A DNA stretch of 24,000 bases from contig JASHPQ010000110.1 of assembly GCA_030037995.1 (NCBI GenBank), forward strand, positions 9,945 through 33,944. The letters are read 5' to 3'. Shown here piece after piece: positions 7,677 through 14,775 of the stretch. Position numbers and translations under genes: made by a program. Below the pieces are notes generated by a model. That model saw only the letters and a list, made by a program, of their open reading frames with translations. It was not told the DNA's origin and searched no databases. This stretch comes from Nitrososphaerales archaeon (lineage in GTDB: Archaea; Thermoproteota; Nitrososphaeria; Nitrososphaerales; CADDZS01). Numbering within the stretch: position 1 is the stretch's first letter; each line of letters opens with the position of its first letter.

Positions 7677-7865
7677 ATGACTCAAGAACAGATTCAGATG
7701 CATAGACAGGTCAACAGCAATGTAGAATATTACGCTCCTTGCTTTACATGTGAGAAACACCCCTTCTATTCACATGTACCGATTACTCTGCATAAGGGTG
7801 GCTATTGCTTAATTTGTCACAATCTTCCGATTGAAACAAAGGAACGAAAGCTACCGGAATTTTAG
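7677..7865 (+). CDS. Small Cys-rich (CxxC...CxxC) putative zinc-ribbon protein.
   Basis: The protein is 62 aa from ATG 7677: MTQEQIQMHRQVNSNVEYYAPCFTCEKHPFYSHVPITLHKGGYCLICHNLPIETKERKLPEF. It has two CxxC pairs 23 residues apart, plus its own TATA and SD-like signals. Its 3' end overlaps the convergent accB stop by 15 nt. Confidence 0.45.
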   Translation: MTQEQIQMHRQVNSNVEYYAPCFTCEKHPFYSHVPITLHKGGYCLICHNLPIETKERKLPEF

Positions 7866-8372
7866 CTTGATCAAGGCCTTACCTCTACCGACCATATCTC
7901 CTTCTTTCACAAAGATCTCCTCGACGACGCAGTCGCGAGGAGCTTTGATCTGAGCTTCCATTTTCATCGCCTCGAGGACTATTAGGGCGTCTCCTTCCTT
8001 CAAAGTGTCTCCCTCCTTCACGGGGAGCTTGACGATTTTGGCCGGGAAGTTTGAGGCAACCAGTTCGTTTGCAGTAGCAATTAGCGAAGAGGTGTGATGC
8101 TCCGTTTCTAGGCTGCCGGTTCTTGAGGTCACCCTCCTTCCGTTTGCGATGAAGGATACGGCGGTTTGAGTCCTTTCTAACTGAATGATTGAATAGACTT
8201 TTCCTTCGACGGAAAGAATCACCCTGTCCTTATCTCGTCTCAGGATAGTGATCTTGGCCTTTCCTCTTTTTCCGCCTTTGACTAGTGCAACATACTCTTC
8301 GACATCGGCATTGTCAGACGAGTCAATCTCGACGTCTCTGACCTCTTGGCCGATCGCAATTTTATAGTCCAT
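7851..8372 (-). CDS. accB: Biotin carboxyl carrier protein.
   Basis: The C-terminal biotinyl domain has 'GDALIVLEAMKMEAQIKAP' (the biotinylation motif EAMKM). ATG 8372 (MDYKIAIG...) overlaps the accC stop by 11 nt, suggesting translational coupling. Confidence 0.85.
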   Translation of the reverse strand: MDYKIAIGQEVRDVEIDSSDNADVEEYVALVKGGKRGKAKITILRRDKDRVILSVEGKVYSIIQLERTQTAVSFIANGRRVTSRTGSLETEHHTSSLIATANELVASNFPAKIVKLPVKEGDTLKEGDALIVLEAMKMEAQIKAPRDCVVEEIFVKEGDMVGRGKALIKLKFR

Positions 8373-9885
8373 CGACGAACCGCGCACCGCTAGCTTTCTG
8401 GGAAAGGAACCATGGAGGTCTTTGGATCTTCTCCCTGCCGGGTCTCTCCCTATTGCTGAAGTACTGGTTTCTGGAAAGTAACATTGCCGATATTAGGAAG
8501 TAATCTTCTTCCAAATTCGGAAGCATCTGCTTGGATAGATCTGTAGTCTCGATAAAACTCGTATCAAACTGTCCTTTTGAGAACTTGTCATTCATCAGCA
8601 CAGCTTTGTGAAAAGGGATGGTCGTTTCAATTCCAGAAATCAAGAATTCCTCGAGCGCAACTAGCGCTCGATTTCTAGCCTCTTGAAAGTCTTTACCAGA
8701 GGCGAGCAATTTCGCTACGAGGGAATCGTAGTAGGGAGATACCTCGACACCCCGTTGTAAGGCCGTTTCAACTCGGATTCCTGGGCCGCCGGGAATTGAC
8801 AGGAAATCGATCGTTCCGGTCGTAGGCGTGAAACCATGAGAGGGATCTTCAGCATTAATCCGGCACTCGATCGCACAACCGTTGATTTTCACATCTTTTT
8901 GGGCAAACGGGATTTTGTTAGACGAAGCTATCTCGATCTGCGCCTTAACAATGTCTAACCCTGTTACAAGTTCAGTGACCGGATGCTCTACTTGGAGCCT
9001 AGAATTGATCTCCATGAAATAGAAATTACCTGTCCCAGAATCTCTCAGAAATTCCACGGTGCCGGCGTTACGGTATCCAACAGCTCTCGCCACGGTTAGT
9101 GCAAAAGAGGAGATCAGGTTTCTCGCTTCTTCATCAATGACTGGAGAAGGTGACATCTCGATTAATTTTTGGTACCTTCTCTGTATGGAGCAGTCTCTCT
9201 CGCCGAGATGAACGAACTCGTTGGAATCGTCGCTTGCAATAATTTGAATTTCAATATGTCTCGGATTGACGAGCCGCTTTTCGATGAAAATTGAGAATCT
9301 ACCAAACGATGCCTTCGCCTCTCTCTGAGCCGAGGAAAACCCATCGCTGACCTCGTCTTCATTTCTGGCCTCACGGATCCCCCTTCCCCCGCCGCCGAAA
9401 GCACTTTTCAAAAGAACAGGAAACCCAATTTCCTTCGAAAACCGCACAGCTTCCTCTGTCTCGCTTATCGGTTCCCGAGTATAGGGAACCACGGGCACTC
9501 CCTTTGACTCCGCTATTCGTTTGCATTCTAGCTTATTTCCACTGACCCGAAGAGTTTCTGGTGACGGTCCGATGAACTTTAGATCATTCTCCCGGCAGGT
9601 TCGTGAGAAATCACTGGACTCGGAGAGAAAGCCATAGCCCGGATGTACCGCATCACAATCGGTGCTCTTGGCCGCATCGATTATTTTGCCAACGTTAAGG
9701 TAAGTCTCCGTAGCAGAGGATCCAACAAGTCTCACTGCTCGATCTGCCATACTTGCATGCGGCCACGTCACGTCAGCATCCGAGTAAACCGTGACGGCTT
9801 CGATGTTCATAATCCTAAGAGCCCTAATTATTCTTAGGGCGATCTCGCCACGATTTGCAATCAGTACTCGTCTGAAGCTTGGCAT
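8362..9885 (-). CDS. accC: Biotin carboxylase subunit of acetyl-/propionyl-CoA carboxylase.
   Basis: It has 'RRVLIANRGEIALRIIRA', 'VHPGYGFLSE', an ATP-grasp Gly-rich loop 'KSAFGGGGRGIR', 'HIEIQI', 'ERDCSIQRRYQKLIE' and 'EINSRLQVEHPVTE'. The ORF is 507 aa with an ATG start. Confidence 0.95.
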   Translation of the reverse strand: MPSFRRVLIANRGEIALRIIRALRIMNIEAVTVYSDADVTWPHASMADRAVRLVGSSATETYLNVGKIIDAAKSTDCDAVHPGYGFLSESSDFSRTCRENDLKFIGPSPETLRVSGNKLECKRIAESKGVPVVPYTREPISETEEAVRFSKEIGFPVLLKSAFGGGGRGIREARNEDEVSDGFSSAQREAKASFGRFSIFIEKRLVNPRHIEIQIIASDDSNEFVHLGERDCSIQRRYQKLIEMSPSPVIDEEARNLISSFALTVARAVGYRNAGTVEFLRDSGTGNFYFMEINSRLQVEHPVTELVTGLDIVKAQIEIASSNKIPFAQKDVKINGCAIECRINAEDPSHGFTPTTGTIDFLSIPGGPGIRVETALQRGVEVSPYYDSLVAKLLASGKDFQEARNRALVALEEFLISGIETTIPFHKAVLMNDKFSKGQFDTSFIETTDLSKQMLPNLEEDYFLISAMLLSRNQYFSNRERPGREKIQRPPWFLSQKASGARFVDGL

Positions 9886-9936
9886 TGGATCACTCGTCTA
9901 CGAATTGCTGTCCTTTCTCTTCTTCCGTTGGAGAAG

Positions 9937-11502
9937 CTAAAGCGGAATATTCCCGTGTTTTTTCGTCGGTCTTTGTTCGCTTTTGTCAGAAAGGAGACTC
10001 AGCGCTCGGACTATTTGATAACGAGTCTCTCGGGGAAAGATAACAGAGTCGATTATCCCCCTTTCTGCGGCGATGAAAGGGTTCAGGAATTTCTCTGTAT
10101 ATTCCTCCACTGCTTTGTCCTTGAAGCTTTGATCCGGATGGGTTTCGAGCTCCCGGCGGTAAAGTATCTTAACAGCTCCTTCTGGGCCCATTACCGCCAG
10201 CTGAGCAGAGGGCCAAGCAAAGTTCAAGTCAGCTTTGGAGTACTTGCTACCCATCGCACAGTAGGCGCCACCGTAAGCCTTTCTGGTTATGATTGTTATT
10301 TTGGGAACGGTCGCTTCGCAGTAGGCATAGAGCAACTTAGAGCCATGCCTGATTATGCCGCCAGACTCTTGATCCACTCCAGGCATATAGCCCGGTACGT
10401 CTACCAGTGTGATTACTGGGATGTTGAAAGAGTCGCAAAATCTGATGAATCTAGCTGCCTTGTTCGAGGAATCAATGTCAAGCGCGCCAGCAAGCTGCAT
10501 TGGTTGATTCGCAACAAGGCCAACGCTTTTTCCATCGAATCTCGCGAACGCGATGATGATATTCGGAGCCCAATCGGATTGAACCTCCAAGAAATCATGA
10601 TCATCTACTATTTCAGAAATCACGGATTTCATATCATATGGTTTGTCGGACTCATGAGGAATCAATGTGTCCAGCACGTGATTTGCTCGCGTCGGGCTGT
10701 CGGTCGCGTCGACCATTGGAGGGAATTCGGAGTTATTGGAGGGGAGGAAAGAAAGGAGCTTTCTAATCTGGCTGAAGCAGTCTTCTTCATTCTCAGAAAC
10801 AAAATGAGCCACGCCGCTTTTGGTTGCGTGCACCTCCGCGCCTCCGAGCTGTTCGAACGTGACATCCTGCCCGAGCGCTTCCCTTACTATGTCAGGGCCG
10901 GTGATGAACATGTTGCCGATGCGGTCGACCATGAATACAAAGTCAGTCATGGCAGGTGAGTAAACCGCCCCGCCGGCGCAGGGCCCCAGAATCCCGGAGA
11001 TCTGCGGGATCACTCCAGAAGCAAGCGTGTTTCGAAAGAAAATCTCGCTATAGGCTGCCAAGCTCTGCACCCCTTCCTGAATCCTAGCACCACCGGAGTC
11101 GCACAAACCAATTATTGGGGCACCAGCTTTCATGGAAAGATCCATCACCTTGTTGATTTTCCTGCCAAACACCTCTCCCAGCGAACCTCCGAAGACTGTG
11201 AAATCGTGGGCGAAAATGAAAACGGCTCTCCCATCTATCGTCCCGTATCCTGTGACGACCCCGTCGCCGTAGTATTTTTCACCGGACTTACCGTTCTCCT
11301 CCGATCCGCTGAGGGCGAACTTGTCTATCTCGACGAAGGAATCCCTGTCAAGCAAAGCATCGATCCTCTCTCTCGCTGTTTTCTTGCCCCGGTGGTGCTG
11401 GGCGTCGATACGAGTCTTGCCGCCTCCCAAATTGGCGGATTCATTCATGGTATTGAGCTGATCGACGATTCGGGTCATCCCACTCGAGACTTCGTTATCC
11501 AT
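9937..11502 (-). CDS. pccB: Carboxyltransferase subunit (propionyl-CoA carboxylase beta / acyl-CoA carboxylase CT).
   Basis: It has 'GKKTARERIDALLDRDSFVE', 'DGVVTGYGTIDGR.VFIFAHDFTVFGGSLG', 'PIIGLCDSGGARIQEG' and 'ITLVDVPGYMPG...E..GIIRHG.KLLYAY'. The track start is TTG 11526. ATG 11502 lies about 34 nt from a TTTAAAT box and is preferred. Confidence 0.93.
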   Translation of the reverse strand: MDNEVSSGMTRIVDQLNTMNESANLGGGKTRIDAQHHRGKKTARERIDALLDRDSFVEIDKFALSGSEENGKSGEKYYGDGVVTGYGTIDGRAVFIFAHDFTVFGGSLGEVFGRKINKVMDLSMKAGAPIIGLCDSGGARIQEGVQSLAAYSEIFFRNTLASGVIPQISGILGPCAGGAVYSPAMTDFVFMVDRIGNMFITGPDIVREALGQDVTFEQLGGAEVHATKSGVAHFVSENEEDCFSQIRKLLSFLPSNNSEFPPMVDATDSPTRANHVLDTLIPHESDKPYDMKSVISEIVDDHDFLEVQSDWAPNIIIAFARFDGKSVGLVANQPMQLAGALDIDSSNKAARFIRFCDSFNIPVITLVDVPGYMPGVDQESGGIIRHGSKLLYAYCEATVPKITIITRKAYGGAYCAMGSKYSKADLNFAWPSAQLAVMGPEGAVKILYRRELETHPDQSFKDKAVEEYTEKFLNPFIAAERGIIDSVIFPRETRYQIVRALSLLSDKSEQRPTKKHGNIPL

Positions 11503-11532
11503 GGTTCCGGAGTCGTTCTTTTCCAAACGTGC

Positions 11533-11539
11533 TTTAAAT
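11533..11539 (-). promoter_or_regulatory. TATA-like box (ATTTAAA on the minus strand) upstream of pccB.
   Basis: An AT-rich heptamer lies about 34 nt upstream of ATG 11502. It sits in the 135-bp divergent region shared with the antitoxin gene. Confidence 0.3.
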
Positions 11540-11661
11540 TGTATCCTCGCAGCTGATTTGTCTCGTTGTTTTCTAAAGTTCGATCTGGTCTGTAGAATAC
11601 GGCTCGTAAGTCAATATGTCGATCGCATTGAAATCAGGCTTAAGTACCTCAGGGCATACAG

Positions 11662-11916
11662 GTGCAGAACGAGCTCTTGTTGTCGGAAGAGACGGTCACT
11701 GTCAATAAAAAGGGCCAATTTACTATTCCTGCCAGATTTAGAAAACAGTTCCGAATACAGGAAGGCACGAAGTTACTCGTAACTCATGATGAATTTGCGA
11801 TTGTCATTCGTCGACTCCTTGACATGGACGATCTTGTGGGGATTCATTCCGGAAAGACTGGTGCAGAGGAATTGCTCAAAGAGCTTGATCAGATGCGAAA
11901 GCAGGACAGGTACTAG
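11662..11916 (+). CDS. vapB: AbrB/SpoVT/MazE-fold antitoxin (VapB-like).
   Basis: It has 'VTVNKKGQFTIPARFRKQFRIQEGTKLLV', the swapped-hairpin DNA-binding motif. The protein is 84 aa with a GTG start. It ends 11 bp upstream of the PIN gene. Confidence 0.75.
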   Translation: MQNELLLSEETVTVNKKGQFTIPARFRKQFRIQEGTKLLVTHDEFAIVIRRLLDMDDLVGIHSGKTGAEELLKELDQMRKQDRY

Positions 11917-11927
11917 GTTCGCAACAA

Positions 11928-12326
11928 ATGGTACGCACAGTGGATACTCGATTTCTGCTCCTCCAGGTGATCGCTGACAGCGAAGAATTGAAATCGAAAG
12001 TACGTTCTAAGATGCTCGAACTTCGTCAGGAAATGGCCCTCGTCCCGACCATCGTCCTACACGAAGTGTACAAGATCGAATTTCACAGATTCGGCAGAGA
12101 AGCCGCAGATGTCCAGCTGAAATCGATCGAGACTTCGGGACTGAAAATCGAGGAACTGACCGTGGAGATTGCCCGAATCGCTGCGGTGCTGCGGTGCAAG
12201 TACACAGATTTACCCGTGGCAAATTCGATAATCGCAGCAACGGCGATCGTCAAAGGATCGAAAGTCGTTTTTTCTGATGACGAGCAGTTCGCCAAAGTGA
12301 AGGAGATAAGGGCGGAATGGTTTTGA
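11928..12326 (+). CDS. vapC: PIN-domain protein (VapC-like toxin).
   Basis: The protein is 132 aa with 'VDTRFLL' (Asp6), 'LHEVY' (Glu46), 'ANSIIAATAI' and 'VVFSDDEQF' (Asp117/118). Its size and its pairing with an AbrB antitoxin are typical of VapBC. Confidence 0.8.
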   Translation: MVRTVDTRFLLLQVIADSEELKSKVRSKMLELRQEMALVPTIVLHEVYKIEFHRFGREAADVQLKSIETSGLKIEELTVEIARIAAVLRCKYTDLPVANSIIAATAIVKGSKVVFSDDEQFAKVKEIRAEWF

Positions 12327-12412
12327 GCCAGTAACCTGCCCAGATGCCAGATTCTTATAAAAGAGAAACCAATCAGTCGCTGCAAAACAGTCAGGAAAAA
12401 AGTTGAGGCGCA

Positions 12413-12712
12413 GTGAGAGACAGGGCATCCAGATATGCGACGAAAAAGCAAACAACTTCGGCCAGGAGATCTAGCCCGCTTCTAATCGCCTATGTCACAA
12501 GAACTCCCAAAGGAAAGATTCGGTTACGCAGGATCGGGATAAGGTTTGAAGGTCAGAAGGAAGAGGTCATCGAGAGCCTGCCCTCCGACGATCCCAGGTA
12601 CGTATTTAACGACGATTATAAGGTAAGAAAATCCACTCACAGCATCGTAAAAAAGTCCGCAAAGTTTGCCAGATTCTACGATGCCAGCGCGAGGATCTCG
12701 TACGACGTGTAG
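12413..12712 (+). CDS. Hypothetical basic protein.
   Basis: The ORF is 99 aa. It shows good purine-first codon periodicity in its distal two-thirds, and GAGG lies 4 nt upstream of GTG 12413. I recognise no motif, and there is no in-frame ATG. Confidence 0.4.
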   Translation: MRDRASRYATKKQTTSARRSSPLLIAYVTRTPKGKIRLRRIGIRFEGQKEEVIESLPSDDPRYVFNDDYKVRKSTHSIVKKSAKFARFYDASARISYDV

Positions 12713-12760
12713 TCGCGACAAGGGAAGAATTTCCGCCCTCTCTGGACGAAAGTTAAACAG

Positions 12761-13687
12761 TCACTTTTTGCCCTGCGAAATTTTTCTGTAAAATTCTCCG
12801 TGCTTGTCCTGCTCGACCAGTTTCTCCTTTACGAGCTTTGCGCAACAGGCTTCGAGTACATCTGGATCGATACTCGTGCCGTACTTTTCGTCTAGCTCTT
12901 TTTCGATCTGAAAGAACCCCTTCCAGTGCATATCTCCCAATTCTTCCAAGACTCGGGATCTCAATTCTCCTTCATCTATCGTCGATTCGACGCTCTTGGT
13001 TTGAGCCTCCGGCGCTTCCATGTCCGAAGTGGCCGCTTTTTCGACAAGCGGAACCCATTCGTTTATGGCACTTTTGAGTTCCTCCATATTAGCTGGTCTG
13101 TACTTTTGCAGGAATTCCGTCTTCGTGGTGGACGGATCGCCAGGCAGATTGTGCCAGACTACGTTGAGCGATGGCCTGAGAATACCCCTGTTACCCGAAA
13201 CTGTGACGATCTGCTCCAAAGGAATTGCAAACGCATCCCGCTCTTGAAGTAACTCCTGGACATCTGCATCTTCTTGAGCTGATTTGCCCACGGCGAACAC
13301 CAGTCGTCGATTGGTCAGTAGTAGTGCCCCTTCCTGAACGGCGTGAGAGTTCTTGCGGATCACATTATCCTGAGTCTTCAGGACAGCTTCTTTTGAAGTA
13401 TCGAAGGACACACTGGTAGGTCTTGCTGTCGAGAGCGTCTCGTTCCCAATTGTATAGTTCTGGACATCTAGATTCAAGTTAGAGGACGAAGAAGAGGAGT
13501 ACTGCTGCGAACCAAGAGTATCTTCGTAAATGTATCCACAGTAGGAACAAGTCTCATCGGTGGAGTTTCGAGCAGTTCCGCACATTGGACATTTCGAGAG
13601 TTTGTTGTCGGCCAAAAACAGACAATCGTTGTTCCTTGATTGCATTTCATTCTTTCGGGTATTTCTCACCCCGATGGACTTGGGCAT
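12761..13687 (-). CDS. Uncharacterised multidomain protein: N-terminal zinc ribbon, Ser-rich linker, PH/GRAM-like domain and C-terminal winged-helix-like domain.
   Basis: The protein is 308 aa with an ATG start. It has C33-x2-C36-x10-C47-x2-C50 ('CPMCG...CSYCG'). The stretch 'GALLLTNRRLVFAV...IPLEQIVTVSGNRG' resembles GRAM / bacterial-PH / GLUE strand patterns. The C-terminal 'MHWKGFFQIEKELDEKYGTSIDPDVLEACCAKLVKEKLVEQDKHGEFYRK' looks like a winged-helix domain. Confidence 0.75.
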   Translation of the reverse strand: MPKSIGVRNTRKNEMQSRNNDCLFLADNKLSKCPMCGTARNSTDETCSYCGYIYEDTLGSQQYSSSSSSNLNLDVQNYTIGNETLSTARPTSVSFDTSKEAVLKTQDNVIRKNSHAVQEGALLLTNRRLVFAVGKSAQEDADVQELLQERDAFAIPLEQIVTVSGNRGILRPSLNVVWHNLPGDPSTTKTEFLQKYRPANMEELKSAINEWVPLVEKAATSDMEAPEAQTKSVESTIDEGELRSRVLEELGDMHWKGFFQIEKELDEKYGTSIDPDVLEACCAKLVKEKLVEQDKHGEFYRKISQGKK

Positions 13688-13820
13688 TTGGACTTATCGC
13701 GGTTACACTGTCACTATCTGATAGATACTGCTAACAAAGATCATATGAAACCGTTTTGTTGTTCGTCCAAAATCTATCGCTAACTCTTATTTCATTTGAA
13801 CAATCCTTTGTTTCAGCACC

Positions 13821-14435
13821 TTGGAATTCGAACGGCTTGGAGACGACGAACGCAAATTGCGCGAGTTGCTTCGCCTGCGAAGTTTGAGAAGACTCAAAAT
13901 TAGCAATCCTATTTGTTTGACTTCAGTTGACTCGACTCAGTCATTCATCGCTAACAAGCTGCACAGTTCGGCCGAAGGAGATCTCGTCATTAGCAGAGTG
14001 CAGACTGCCGGTAAAGGTCGCGAGGGCAGATCATGGTTCTCCCAGGAAGGCGGACTCTGGATGACTATGACCCTGCTTCCCCCGAACGCCGACATCCTTG
14101 CCAGAATTCCTTCAATCGCCACGAACTCGATCCTCAAGACGCTGGAGGATTTCGGGGCGCGAGGGTGCTCTATCAAGCCGCCGAATGATGTGTATTGCGG
14201 CGGAAGAAAGATTGCAGGTGTGCTGGCAGATGCAAGCGTCACGGGATCGAGCTCTGTTGTTTATCTGGGAGTGGGAATCAATGTGAACAACGACACTTCT
14301 GAAATTGATAGGATCTCCGAAACTGCAACAAGCATGCGATACGAAACAGGCAGTACACTCGATCTGATGGAGTTCGCGGCCTCACTAATTGCGAGTCTTG
14401 ATTTCGAATACGCTCGGGCCATTGCTGAGATGTAA
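13821..14435 (+). CDS. birA: Biotin-[acetyl-CoA-carboxylase] ligase, class I (no N-terminal HTH).
   Basis: It has 'VDSTQSF', 'VQTAGKGREGRSWFS' (the GxGRxGRxW biotin/ATP loop) and 'NDVYCGGRKIAGVL'. The protein is 204 aa. Only non-ATG starts are available (TTG 13821). Confidence 0.85.
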   Translation: MEFERLGDDERKLRELLRLRSLRRLKISNPICLTSVDSTQSFIANKLHSSAEGDLVISRVQTAGKGREGRSWFSQEGGLWMTMTLLPPNADILARIPSIATNSILKTLEDFGARGCSIKPPNDVYCGGRKIAGVLADASVTGSSSVVYLGVGINVNNDTSEIDRISETATSMRYETGSTLDLMEFAASLIASLDFEYARAIAEM

Positions 14436-14456
14436 TTACAGGCACCCCGGCAGCCT

Positions 14457-14615
14457 CTACGGAGAATGCTTTGTGCACTCCGGGTGTGTAACGTGGTTTG
14501 TCTGTTCGCATCGCCCCAGCTCGTCTTCGTCGGAGAACGGGATAAGACAGTGAACGCAATAACCGTCTCTATCAGCGTTGAATTCTTTGCTTGCCCTGTA
14601 TTCCTTGAACTTCAT
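14457..14615 (-). CDS. Small Cys/His-rich putative zinc-binding protein (52 aa, below the ORF-track cutoff).
   Basis: My own translation from ATG 14615 is MKFKEYRASKEFNADRDGYCVHCLIPFSDEDELGRCEQTNHVTHPECTKHSP*. The pattern is C-x2-C-x12-C-x4-H-x2-H-x2-C. It sits in otherwise unexplained space between birA and the second mutase gene. Confidence 0.35.
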   Translation of the reverse strand: MKFKEYRASKEFNADRDGYCVHCLIPFSDEDELGRCEQTNHVTHPECTKHSP

Positions 14616-14775
14616 GGTGAATGATTTCTCTTTTGGTTCTCAAATTAGATTTTGTCGACTGTCTTGTGAAGATTTGGGGGTTGCCGCGTGTAGCGAATTC
14701 GAACTTTTCTTCCTGCAAAACCGCAAGTGAAAAATAAGACGGTTGAATATTTCTCGTTAGATTGGAGAATTTGGA

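Noticed and set aside
9928-10959. 343-aa plus-strand ORF.
   Set aside because: It lies entirely antisense to the strongly supported carboxyltransferase (pccB) gene. Its sequence is Arg/Ser/Cys-rich, low-complexity-like and has no motif. It is a typical shadow ORF.
14278-14559. 93-aa minus-strand ORF.
   Set aside because: Half of it is antisense to the birA 3' end and it is Arg/Pro-rich. The 52-aa ORF in another frame (14457-14615) explains the spacer better.
14560-14775. Possible cobalamin riboswitch upstream of the B12-dependent mutase. The region upstream of 6003 was also checked.
   Set aside because: No B12-box-like core (..AGYCMGGAGACCKGCC..) or multi-stem junction is evident. The upstream regions are short and AT-rich.
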